A stretch of 63,095 bases of DNA, filler included, from Dugesia japonica (lineage: Eukaryota), in NCBI GenBank assembly GCA_001938525.1. It is 5 parts of 5 records of this genome, joined end to end, with 100 filler letters (N's around TTAATTAATTAA, not from the genome) between each part and the next. Parts side by side here need not be neighbours in the genome. Positions count along the whole stretch, not along the records: positions 43,405 to 53,997 come from MQRL01601401.1; positions 54,098 to 63,095 come from MQRL01355548.1; 3 more parts are not named here. One strand, written 5' to 3'. The notes beneath the pieces were generated by a model. It was not told where the DNA came from and made no database searches. It was given only the letters and a program-made list of their open reading frames with translations. The stretch's first letter is position 1. Every line of letters starts with the position of its first letter. Shown here piece by piece: positions 52,255 to 63,095 of the stretch. A program made the position numbers and the translations under genes.

Positions 52255-53802
52255 CTAAAGAAAGACAGAAACCAATTATCACTTGACTTATAATAATAAT
52301 ACTGACAATAAACATATTACTAATAAGAACTTTTAAGTTGTGAATTAATTAACTGAATATTAAAAAATAATTAATCATAAAAGAACAGTATGAATTGTCA
52401 ACATGTATTTCAAATGTTTCCCACTTAAGTAAACAATAATTACATAGAGGGTGTTGAAANNNNNNNNNNNNNNNNNNNNNNNNNNNNNNNNNNNNNNNNN
52501 NNNNNNNNNNNNNNNNNNNNNNNNNNNNNNNNNNNNNNNNNNNNNNNNNNNNNNNNNNNNNNNNNNNNNNNNNNNNNNNNNNAAGCCGTAAGATATCGCG
52601 ACAGAATTTTAGAATTTTGTGAAAGATAGCAAAATATCATAAAAATTGTATTTTAAATTTAATTATGTTGTTATTTTAATAAATGACTTTTTTTAATTTT
52701 GTCAATAAAATGTCTATGAATCTTTGGGATACCCTAACAGAACTGAACTCTGAGATGCTAATTCGGCGCCGAAAACCGTAACTAAAAGAACCGCAATTTT
52801 GAACTTTATCTAAACCATAACAGAGACGAATCTGATATTTGTTTTACGAAGGTTTATTGTTAAATTCGTAAGGAAAAGGCAATACAATATAGTACGAGAA
52901 TAGACGGCCTTAGTAAAATCATATTTTGAAGCGATTGAATATNTTACAACTTTCATGTGAGGCATATCAGGGAATTAAGTTCCGGTTTTGCAAGTGAAAA
53001 TCCAATTGTGATTACTCCTGCAGACTTCCTAAAGTTGAACGGGATTCATTAAAAATATAAATAAAAGAAATAATAGATCATTATAGACATTAAAAGTTAT
53101 TCTAGTAAGTACCAATTATGAAGAAGTAATTATGACGCAAGACGATAAAAATGAAATAAAAACCATAACCGAAGATAATTGTAATATACAAAGTAATTGG
53201 TGAAAAAAGATAAAAATAGCAGAAACATTTAAAATCTAGGAGAATGTATAATAAAGAGTAAAAGAAGGTCAGGAAATAGTAAAAACGAGTAACGTATCAC
53301 TAAACAAATAAATATCATAATAATAAGTTAAGGAACATTTCTAAATGGTTCATTCAATAACCGTTATAGCAACAACATCGGTAGACAAAAAATAAAAATA
53401 AAAATGAGAGTGAAAAGAAAGAAAATGAAATTTTATAAAAAGGTTTCAGAAAAAGAATCCTAAAAGGAACTACAATAATATAAATTAGAGAAATAAGAAG
53501 AAAGAGAATTATTTATTATTTCTTTATTTTACTTTTTTATTTGTTTTAATTTTGGTCTTTTTGTGAATCTTTCTATTTAAACCTTTTATTTTAGCAAAGT
53601 AATATCTCAAAGTAACTTGTGCTTTAAACTTTTATGAAACAGTTCAGAGTAAAACCTCTTCAGCTTTAGTTTATAAGTTTATGGTTTTTAAAAAATTATT
53701 CAATTTATTTCATAACAAAATTAAGAAACCAATTAATCAACTTTCTTAAAATTTACCAATTACTTCAAGACAAATGAATAAAAGTAGAAATCATTAATTT
53801 AC

Positions 53803-53934
53803 TTTCAGTTCTAACTGTCGATGTGAATCTTCTTTGTTGTGAACATAGCTTTCGCGTTCTGCAGTTATTTGTAGGCTTTCTCTCAGAGCTTGTTCAAGTT
53901 CTTTGATTCTATTTTCTCTTTCTGTGAGTGTTGT
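53803..53934 (-). CDS. ERC: ERC/ELKS/CAST active-zone scaffold, internal exon
   Basis: AG/GT bounded, phase 0. TTLTERENRIKELEQALRESLQITAERESYV... matches the ERC signature RIEELEEALRESVQITAERE. Confidence 0.88.
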
Positions 53935-54041
53935 CTGTAAATTCGAATTGATTATTTAACAATTTATATGGCAATGTTTATTCCAATATTTAAATTTNNN
54001 NNNNNNNNNNNNNNNNNNNNNNNNNNNNNNNNNNNNNNNNN

Positions 54042-54053
54042 TTAATTAATTAA
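54042..54053. other. Artificial contig linker
   Basis: TTAATTAATTAA in a 100-bp N block. Confidence 0.95.
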
Positions 54054-54126
54054 NNNNNNNNNNNNNNNNNNNNNNNNNNNNNNNNNNNNNNNNNNNNGTA
54101 AATTTCCATGTTAATTTCGTATATAT

Positions 54127-54979
54127 CAGAGTTGTCCAAACGTTATGTGGTAGCAGGTCGCAGGAATCAGCAAACAATATATTAATACATCCAAATTGTA
54201 AACTTATGGAGTTAACAAAATCAAATACGTCGTATTTAAATTTTTTTGCGGCACAATACATTTTAAATAAACTAAATTCTGTTTTAAAATTTAAATGGAT
54301 TGGATTTTAATGCTAGTTTTTTATACGGAAGAGAATGGAATAAAGAATTGAACNAATAATTACGTAAAGCTGAGAGTAACTTGTTTCCCAGAATATCTCG
54401 CAGGTTAATCTAGACTTTATTATCTACAGTTATTGTCTTTTATCTTGAGCCGATATAGCGATTTAAATTTTTAGCCTTCTTTGGTGATTTCATTTTATAA
54501 AGTTTCTATTTAGAAAATTTTTTTTTCTATAGAATTAAATTGAGATGTGCATGGTTGAATAAAACTTGAAACAATACCATTATCTTCGAAAAATATTTTT
54601 ATTTTTAAATTTTTTGAAAAGTAATATTACCCATATTTTCACGACTAAACAAATTAAATTTCACTTTACAAGGAGAGTTCACGATTATTGATATCCGTGC
54701 TAAAGTTGCTGCCATTATGAATAAATTGAATTTTTTTTTCAAAAAATGATATTTTTCCTTTTCCAAATGTATTGGACTTGAGTGAAACTAGCAAGAAACT
54801 AATGAAGTCGCATGTGAAAGCGATATTCAGGAACATTTGAGTTCTATTGTGAAACAACTGTCAGACTATTTTCTCGCTACTGCAGTCTGTCGAAACTTTG
54901 AATGAATTTCTAAACCATTTACGTTCAATATTAAATTGAATACTTTGAAAAATGGGGAACAAGAGCAACTTATTGATTT
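54127..54979 (+). mobile_element. hAT/Buster (ZBED5/SCAND3-like) transposon remnant
   Basis: 5' TIR CAGAGTTGTCCAAAC follows GTATATAT (nnnTAnnn). Decayed frame QEHLSSIVKQLSDYF...ISKPF...EQEQLIDLS. Confidence 0.7.
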
Positions 54980-56501
54980 ATCTTTTGATTTATAATGAAN
55001 NNNNNNNNNNNNNNNNNNNNNNNNNNNNNNNNNNNNNNNNNNNNNNNNNNNNNNNNNNNNNNNNNNNNNNNNNNNNNNNNNNNNNNNNNNNNNNNNNNNN
55101 NNNNNNNNNNNNNNNNNNNNNNNNNNNNNNNNNNNNNNNNNNNNNNNNNNNNNNNNNNNNNNNNNNNNNNNNNNNNNNNNNNNNNNNNNNNNNNNNNNNN
55201 NNNNNNNNNNNNNNNNNNNNNNNNNNNNNNNNNNNNNNNNNNNNNNNNNNNNNNNNNCAACACAAAAACACAACATCAATTTGTCTTATCAAACAAATTT
55301 AAAAATTTTATAACTGAGACTTGAAACAAAACATATTAGTTTATCAAAATATTTTTTTTAAATAAAATTTCAAAACACCATATCAAAATGTCTTAAAGAA
55401 AATTAAATTTATATCAGAAATTTAATAATTTCAAACATATATATCATTTATGACTACGAATTATAACTTTTAAATATAAANNNNNNNNNNNNNNNNNNNN
55501 NNNNNNNNNNNNNNNNNNNNNNNNNNNNNNNNNNNNNNNNNNNNNNNNNNNNNNNNNNNNNNNNNNNNNNNNNNNNNNNNNNNNNNNNNNNNNNNNNNNN
55601 NNNNNNNNNNNNNNNNNNNNNNNNNNNNNNNNNNNNNNNNNNNNNNNNNNNNNNNNNNNNNNNNNNNNNNNNNNNNNNNNNNNNNTTTCTTTTATGATTT
55701 AATTAAAAATATTTAATAAAATCATTTTAATAATTTCGTCTCAATATACAAAAAATTTAAAATTGCTTTTAAAAATTACCTTACAATGTTATTCGCTTGA
55801 AGCTTTCAATAATTATGCCAAATATTGTTCTGCTGTGCAATTAAAAGCAGTCACGAGTGTCCCATTGCAATATAATAAAGTGTTCAATTTGTTCTTGATT
55901 TTATTCTTATTTATTGTGCTATGGCAGTTAATAAATGAAGGAAAGTAAATCTCAAGTTGAAAATAGGCTTGGAACCTTTGTGTTAAGTGAACTATGATAA
56001 GAAAATATTATTGTNCATAGCTGTGAAAATCGTCAAATACTGAAAGTATTAACATTTAATCACTGTATCACAATAACTTACAATGTTTTATTTTTAATAT
56101 TTTCATGGAAATATTAAATTTATTTCTTATAAGTAACTGTTAAAATATCCTACAACCTAATCTGAATTTATTTGTAAAAATAAAAATATGTAAACATCAA
56201 CAATTCATTTCCATTTATTTGCTTGTGTCAATTAAGGATATCATTTTTTATTTGAGATATTTTCTTTGAAAATTATCGAAGGCTGATTTTACAAGTTTTG
56301 CAGAGAAAAATAATTTTTCTTCATTCAATACAAGTAAATTGTTAAATTTAGTCAAAGTAAAAGAAAACAAACCTTAAAATATCATATTTGATTTGATTGT
56401 TTCCGATTTTGGGGCTAATTATTTTTTAATAAATGTACATTAAAAAGTAATTTCTATTCATCATTTTTTTATTGTAAATTTTCTCTGTTCTTATCTATTA
56501 G

Positions 56502-56726
56502 GTAACCGTTAAAATCAATATGCCGCAAGCTGTCGGGGTCACTGTTAAACTAGAGAATCGAGCTGATGGAACTATTCTCAGGGGTTTAACTTTGGTCAGA
56601 ATTCTAGATAATCAAATGATTGTCGTAACTGCTTCTCCTTCTCAACCTGGTAAATTTTACCTTAGTATTTATGTTAATGAAGATTGGAAATCTGAAGACA
56701 ACATGGAAATGGCATGTTCTTTTCAA
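56502..56726 (+). CDS. Hillarin/KY (kyphoscoliosis peptidase)-like protein, penultimate exon
   Basis: Acceptor CTATTAG. VTVKINMPQAV...TASPSQPGKFYLSIYV...MACSFQ fits the KY/hillarin C-terminal repeat 'P..G.Y.L.IY...C.Y'. Confidence 0.75.
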
Positions 56727-56774
56727 GTAATTAAAAATGAATTTATCACTATTTTTTACGGTTTTCATAATCAG

Positions 56775-57509
56775 GTTCATTGTTCTGAACACAATTATGA
56801 CCGATTAGTTACTGGTAGATTTCCAGATGTTGGTGTACTCGGTTCAACTCCTGCATCTCAAAATCTTGGAATTATTGCCAATCCTGGCGTTGACCCATTT
56901 GTTTTATGGGAAGAGCGTTCAACATTAAAATTAAATATTGCTATTCGACCTGGTCTTAGAGTTGGGCAGAAAATGATGTCTTATGATAGATCCGGTCAAA
57001 ATTCAGCCCCATGCGATAGTTATGCTTTATTACAATATCAAAATCAAGGACGAAGTCAATATCATCTACGATTTCCCATTGAAGGATTTTATTGTTTAAC
57101 AATATATGCCGGAGTTGATGATCATGATCTTCCTGATACCGAGCCTATGGAATGCATTTATCGGTTGCTTATTGATTGTAAAAGAGCTCAAGAACGCATA
57201 CCACCTTTTCCCCGACAAACCAGTCGCTGGGTTGGATTCAGATTGATTGAGCCACTTTGTCAACATCTGGAACTTAATACTGTTTATAGATTTAGAATTC
57301 TAGCCACTGAATGTTCTTCTATTTCAGTTGTTATCAATGATAATAAATGGATTGATTTAGCAATGTCTAGAGATGGATTATGGAAAGAAAAAATTAACAC
57401 TGGCCAAGAATTAGAAAATTTATCGGTTTATGGAAAGTTCGGAAGTAATGAAGACGACGAATTTATTAAATTACTGGATTATATTTTAATTCCAAAAAGT
57501 AATAAATAG
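56775..57509 (+). CDS. Hillarin/KY-like protein, last exon
   Basis: FP..G.LG.TP...LRFPIEGFYCLTIYA...CIYRLLI.C....PPFP...W.GFRLIEP...V.F...V...W..L...W. Stop TAG ends at 57509; AATAAA at 57645. Confidence 0.8.
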   Translation, partial: VHCSEHNYDRLVTGRFPDVGVLGSTPASQNLGIIANPGVDPFVLWEERSTLKLNIAIRPGLRVGQKMMSYDRSGQNSAPCDSYALLQYQNQGRSQYHLRFPIEGFYCLTIYAGVDDHDLPDTEPMECIYRLLIDCKRAQERIPPFPRQTSRWVGFRLIEPLCQHLELNTVYRFRILATECSSISVVINDNKWIDLAMSRDGLWKEKINTGQELENLSVYGKFGSNEDDEFIKLLDYILIPKSNK

Positions 57510-58569
57510 TATTTACCACCGGTTTCAAATTCATAATAATTATTTTGTTTACATGTATATAAATTATAATTTTCACATATCTGTTCTGAACATATCATTC
57601 CTTCCAGAAGAGAATTATGTTAACCATTTTGTATTTATAATTTAAATAAATGTATTTATTTTTCTCTTGAAATTGTTTAAAATATATCCAAACTAAATCT
57701 CGCAAAGGAAGACTTCAATGGATATATTTTTCAGCAAACCCGCGTGAAAAACTTAATTTTCTTAACATAATTTTCTGACATGATTCAATGACGAACAAAT
57801 TTCGTTATGAATTTCTACATTCNNNNNNNNNNNNNNNNNNNNNNNNNNNNNNNNNNNNNNNNNNNNNNNNNNNNNNNNNNNNGTTTTTTTTAAATCAGCA
57901 GTTTTGAATATAGGTTGCCCTTGAAGAAATATGGAAATCTAATATAAATGAATTGGCAGATAATTAGTTTCCCACGTTTCCTTCTGTGAAACCATTATAA
58001 ATAATTGATTGTTATCGACCATTAAGTCAGATTGGATTTTTCACATTATTTTGTCACGTTAATACCATAAAACTGCTATAAATAAATTGCTATTTGACCT
58101 ACAATTAAATAGCAATGTTAATCAGTTGCTATTTTACTCTTCATTCAGGATTTAACGTCGATTTAGATTTTTAATTATCAAATGATTAAACGTAATTAAT
58201 TAATTAAGATAATTTCGCAAAAATTTTTATTATTTTATTTCTCATTTGGTGATTTTATTGAAAAATCAAGTTTCATAATTTTTAAATAATTAATTTTTTT
58301 CAACTTTTTATTTTATGAATTTCTACTTTATTTAGATGAAGTAATAACCAAATTTGTTAGATTCAATATTCATTCTTTATAAAATTTTCTTATTTTGAAC
58401 GCTCTTTCTTGTATAACTAAAATAAATATCAGGTTGTTCAGAAAGCTCGNTCGGTTTTTAGATTAAAATTAAACTTAATATTTTAAGATGATTATTAGCA
58501 AACAATTGTTTTTTTTGTAACGTAATTTTTTTAACAAGTATTAGTAAGTATATACCATTTTGGAAAATA

Positions 58570-59698
58570 CAGGGTGTTCCGATTTAAGGTTAAATTTTGA
58601 ATTTTCAACAAAAGAACGTAAAGGTAGGAAATGTAGCAATATATTTATTTACAATGATAGTACATAAATTTCGGTTTATATTTATAAATAATGTCCTGCT
58701 GCTGCATAGCAAGCACCAATTCTTTTACAAAAGTTTTCTAGAGGCGTTAGATCGCAGGATCTGGGTGGCCAATTGATGTTTGTATTTCGAGAAATTAATC
58801 TTTCACAAAATCGTTCTCTTGAAAGGGCAATTGTTTCTTTTGCAGTATGAGATGTAGCACAATCTTGTTCTGGGTATCCATACCTTTCAATTTATGAAAC
58901 AAAAATTTTCCAATCATATTTCGATATCGAGCTCTGGTAACTGTTATAGAATTCCCAGCTTCATTCTCAAAAAAATAAGTACCAATTACACCACCCGCCC
59001 AAAAACCACACTAAACATTTACCTTTGGTGAATGAAATTGTTTTTGTAGTATTTCATTGCCCCAAATTCTAAAATTCTGTGTGTTCACAAATCCTCTTAG
59101 TTCAAAATATGCTTCGTGTCTAAATATCATTTTTTGGAAAAATGTTTCATTTTCATGTATATTTTTAATGGTTAATTTACTGAATTTACGGCTTATTTCA
59201 AAGTCTGTCGGCTTTATTTGTTGAGTTATTTGAATCTTGAATGCCTTAAAATGAAGATTCACAAGCAAAATTCCGAATAATGTCGTTTTTGGAATTATTA
59301 ATTGTGAACAATGACGAATTGACGTTTTTAGTTTCTCAATCACACTACAGCTTACAGCTGCAATATTTTTTTCTGAGCGATTACTTTTATGATATTCTTG
59401 GGATTGCTCATCTTTTATCGAGCCACTTTTATAAATTGCTTGATAACTTTTTGAATTGTCACATGTGATGTAAAACTTTCTTCCATATTTAGACTTAAAT
59501 TTTCTGCGAACTTTGGCATAACTTTCGCCGTATTTAAAATAATTTTTACCATAGATATTCTTTGTTCAATGGTATAGCGATTCATTTTTAAAAACCTCAT
59601 GAATTACTATTGCTTATTCAACAATTATTGATTTAATAAAACAAAACAGAAATAAATGGAATTAAATTTAAAATTTAACCTTAAATTGGAACACCCTG
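58570..59698 (-). mobile_element. Tc1/mariner rosa (DD41D) element with both TIRs, defective
   Basis: TIRs CAGGGTGTTCC(G/A)ATTTAAGGTTAAATTTT with TA TSD. MNRYTIEQR start; HEAYFEL.GFVN.QN.RIW; QDCATSH-...-WPPRSCDLTPL gives a 41-residue spacing. Confidence 0.93.
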
Positions 59699-59739
59699 TA
59701 TAATTAATTTTAATATTTAGTAAATAAGTTTCCATATTT

Positions 59740-60310
59740 TCGATGATAAGGAACATAATCATCATATTATTCTTTTTTACTTTCGTAAAGGAAAAACGCA
59801 ACCGTAACAGAGAGGAAAATATGTGCAACTTATGGAAAGGATGCTGTGACCGATGGTATTTGTCAGAAGTGGTTTTCAAAATTTGAAGTAAGGGATTTTT
59901 CCATTAAAGACTCAGATCGTACAGGACGGCCAATAATGAACTTATAATGAGCTTAATTCAAAGAAGAATGTAGAACAACGCACGAGATATTAGAGATGCC
60001 AAAAATAGGTCAGTCATCTATCGTAACATGTCAAAAACATGGATATATCTCTCGTTTTTGATACTTCGGTAACTTATAAATTGACATTTGCAAACACTAA
60101 TGAGCGCATTTTCTGCTTGTAATTTGAATTTGAAACGGAAAGAGGAAGATACATTTTAAAAAGCTTAATAACAGGTAATAAATATAGATCGTTTTTAAAA
60201 ATAATAAACTCAAGAGGTGAAAATTCTAACCACCAACCTAAAGCAGGGTTGCATCGCCAAAATTCTTTTCTTGTTTTCAGTTTGGTGGGACCTGAAAGAT
60301 AATTATTTAA
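59740..60310 (+). mobile_element. mariner transposase remnant, N-terminal half
   Basis: Frameshifted GKTQP/RKICATYGKDAVTDGICQKWFSKF...IKDSDRTGRP...LITGNK...SVWWD. Confidence 0.8.
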
Positions 60311-62485
60311 AAATCCCAGTGGTGTATGTTCGTTGCTTTTTGTGTGATGCTCAATATTATTTACTAAATTTCAAAAAAATTTAAAAAGTGCGATTTTTTA
60401 GTTTTTAAAGTCTACAATTATTATAATATCAATCCAGTGGTGTATGTTTGTTTTATTGAAAATTTATTAAAGTTTAAAAAATTTAAAAGATCATTAATAT
60501 TAAAAGAAAATTAATTAAAATAAAAGCTTTGATCAAATTATTTTTATTTTTTACAATAATTCGAAATTTCAACTTAGTCTTTGTCAGGAATCGACTTATT
60601 TGATTTATTCAAAATTTTTGTTTATAATGAAAATATTTAATTTACTGTATTTTAATGGTTTAAGACTTCAACGAAGCGACTATCCGGTGTACAGATGCTG
60701 CCAAAGTGAACCAGCTTTCGTACGAGGTGTATGGATGGAAAAACGTTTTGTCATACCGTACAGCTCTTATCTCTTGCTAAATTACAACATGCATATCAAT
60801 GTCTAGGTGTTCATGCCTTTGTCAACTATCAAGTAAGTCTTGACGGCCAAGGTGAATGAAGGATAATCTGCCTGTATACGACGCTTATGTCATTCGTGCG
60901 AGGTCAAGATCAAATTTGACTTCTATTTACGATAACCGGCATTTCAGAGACACTTTTGAAAGGAGACAGGAGAGTTCATAGTGTTTACAAATTCCCCGTT
61001 TTCCTCTTCAATTCTGTTTTGCGTGATGAAGTCATAATGTTGCCTAAGAAAAGTCTTAGGTGCATCGATCTCTTGATTCGCGAGATGATCCGGAACGATT
61101 TGGCATTCAGTGGCAGAAGGATAATTGCTGGTGGCGATTTTTTTCAGACTTCGTCTGTGGTTCCACGAGGCACCTAAGTTGACATCATTGATTACTGTAT
61201 CAAGTGAAGTCCATTATGGCACCTCTTCCAACACTTGAAATTATTAGTTAACATGCAAAGCGAAGGTTAGCAAGAGTATAATAAATGGCTTTTGAGGTCG
61301 GTGAAGGAACAATTCATAAATTTACTGCTCTTTGCGAACCAGAGCTTATTCAAGTTCTTCCAATTATGATTGCCGATTGCAGCTTAATTGACTCTATTTG
61401 TGGCGAAAATCCTCGAAACCTCTGCAATGAGAAGTTTCCGAACAGAGTGATCGTCGCCGCAACCTATGCACAAGCTTTTAAAATTAATCGCAAAATCATT
61501 CTTTGACATCCAGTTAGACTGCAATTTACTAAAATGCCAATTTATTCGTATCTGAAGATCCTGTCGATGCTATGAATTTCACTACACTATTTTCCAACGA
61601 ATTGACTCCATTCGGCATGCCCTCACACACATTGTTGCTTAAGGATGGAACTCTTATCACACTGTTGATAAATTTGAATCCAAAGAATGGTTTATTTAAC
61701 GACACATAATTTGCGGTTGAGTTTCTTTCTCAAAATACAATCACTGCACAAATTATGTCTGAGTGGAATCAGGGTAATATAGTCATAGTTCCTTGAATTA
61801 TTATTTCACCCTCCGACACTACCTTGCCATTTGTCTTGCGTCGACGTCAATTCAATAATTTCACCGTCACTATATTTTTATTAAAAACTTAGTGTTGTAT
61901 GTTTGATTGTTTGAGAGTGGTGCTCAGTTTTATTAAAATAATTCTAAAAATTGTGATTTTTTAATTTAGGTTTTAAAATTTTAATTAATATATTAAAAAT
62001 TCAATGGTGTTTTTTTTGTTCCTTTGTTTGTGTGTGATGCTAAAATTTTTAAATTTTAAACTAAAGCTAAAAGATGAAAACATTCAGAGTGAACATGATC
62101 AAGCAACTTTCTAAAGCACTTGATGTGCCAAATAAGGTGAATAGTTGGTAGAAAAGTCAAAGCAAACAAGAGGTTCGGTGGACAACAAGAAGAAGGAGAG
62201 CAGGCTGAATGCACTGATGTTGAGTAAAATACGATCTCTTGAGCAATTCCTGAGCAAACGAACGAATAAGATAAAAATCAGGTGCCTACAAGGCGGGTAG
62301 TTGTGGGAACCCTTTTAGCAGACCTCATTTTCATGCCACATTGACAGTAAGTAAGCATTTTTTTATATTTTCTTTTGTAATAGCATAATGATGCTTAAAA
62401 ACTCTAATTCAAAAAAATTCTGCAAATAATTATTTTATGAGCATTCTTTGATCACTGAGCGGCTTGCCGCTTATAAAAACCCTAG
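60311..62485 (+). mobile_element. Helitron: internally deleted Rep/PIF1 helicase remnant with canonical 3' end
   Basis: Rep C-terminal motif RFVIPYSSYLLLNYNMHINV. PIF1 motifs DEVIML, FSGRRIIAGGDFFQT..VVPRG, SPLW, TPFGMPSH.L.LK, LPFVLRRRQF. 3' hairpin AGCGGC-TT-GCCGCT (62458-62471) then CTAG|T at 62482-62486. The 5' end is approximate. Confidence 0.88.
60557..60595 (-). ncRNA. Degenerate copy of the hammerhead motif (family of 33077/44251)
   Basis: Minus strand GTCGATTC-CTGACAA-A-GAC TAA GTT-GAAA-TTTC-GAATT. Preceded on + by AAAAGCTTTGATCAAAT, as in the other copies. Confidence 0.6.
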
Positions 62486-62679
62486 TAATCTAGCAATAAA
62501 ACTGTTAGCCAGTGCTATACTTTCTGCAGTTTCCATCCATAAATATTTATTAATAAGTTATATGTAAGTCTAGTGAAAAATTTATTTTTAACAAAATATC
62601 AATATTAAAACAATTAATTGTTTTAATTATTTTCTTTTTTTAATTTGAACTTTCTTCAACTATTATTAAATAAAATTTT

Positions 62680-62960
62680 TATGTATGATATTAAAATATC
62701 CTAACAAAAACCATTAACGCTCATGAGAATCGTATCCATCAAGGTGATCTGAAGGTAAAAGTGACTAAAAAATGTCCGGGAATAGCTAATCGCAAGGTGT
62801 TATTTTTCATCATAATAATACCCGCCACCACATAGCATTAAATGTACACAAAAAACTTTTAGCATTTAAATGAGATATTTTAAGTCACTTTGCACAATTT
62901 CCTGATATTGTTCCTTCAGATTACCATCTTTTCAGTTACCTGTTTAATAGTTTAAATAAC
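62680..62960 (+). mobile_element. mariner transposase remnant, C-terminal half
   Basis: KTINAHE...RKV/IFHHNNTRHHIA...FPDIVPSDYHLFSYL (the HDNARPH and SPDLAPSDYHLF motifs) continues the 59740-60310 piece. Confidence 0.8.
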
Positions 62961-62969
62961 AATCGTAAA

Positions 62970-63095
62970 TACAATGGGCCAAATACCAGAAGGGAGTTCA
63001 GAAAAAAGGAAATAGAATGTGGGAACTGTCACAAATTGGGACACATAAGTTTGGAGTGCACAGGCAAAAAGCCTCTTACATGCTACGCATGTAGA
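62970..63095 (+). mobile_element. Gypsy gag fragment with CCHC zinc knuckles (runs off window end)
   Basis: KKEIECGNCHKLGHISLECTGKKPLTCYAC. Confidence 0.8.

Overview
Very AT-rich, gappy eukaryotic DNA. It has 44-57-nt GT-AG mini-introns, long (AAT)n tracts and a heavy transposon load; a planarian/flatworm-like draft assembly is an inference. Four 100-bp N-TTAATTAATTAA-N linkers (about 16.98, 29.68, 43.35 and 54.05 kb) show the window is five joined contigs, so adjacency across them is unproven. Host genes: the first three exons of a DHCR24-like sterol reductase (+), three exons of an ERC/ELKS/CAST active-zone gene (-), the last two exons of a hillarin/KY-like gene (+), and a candidate orphan type-II membrane protein gene (+, 30879-38234). 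Mobile DNA: a complete Gypsy element with ~108-bp LTRs and a 5-bp TSD; a three-level nest (solo-LTR in Gypsy in Gypsy); a Penelope-like RT; a degraded Maverick/Polinton major-capsid-like fragment; hAT/Buster remnants and MITEs; pogo/Tigger, maT (DD37D), rosa (DD41D) and mariner elements; a FLYWCH-MULE; and a Helitron inserted in the mariner. The most notable non-coding signal is a set of short inverted-repeat insertions, two with 12-bp TSDs, carrying minimal Penelope-type hammerhead ribozyme cores (five copies, two subfamilies). All protein family calls come from recognising motifs by eye; no searches were run.
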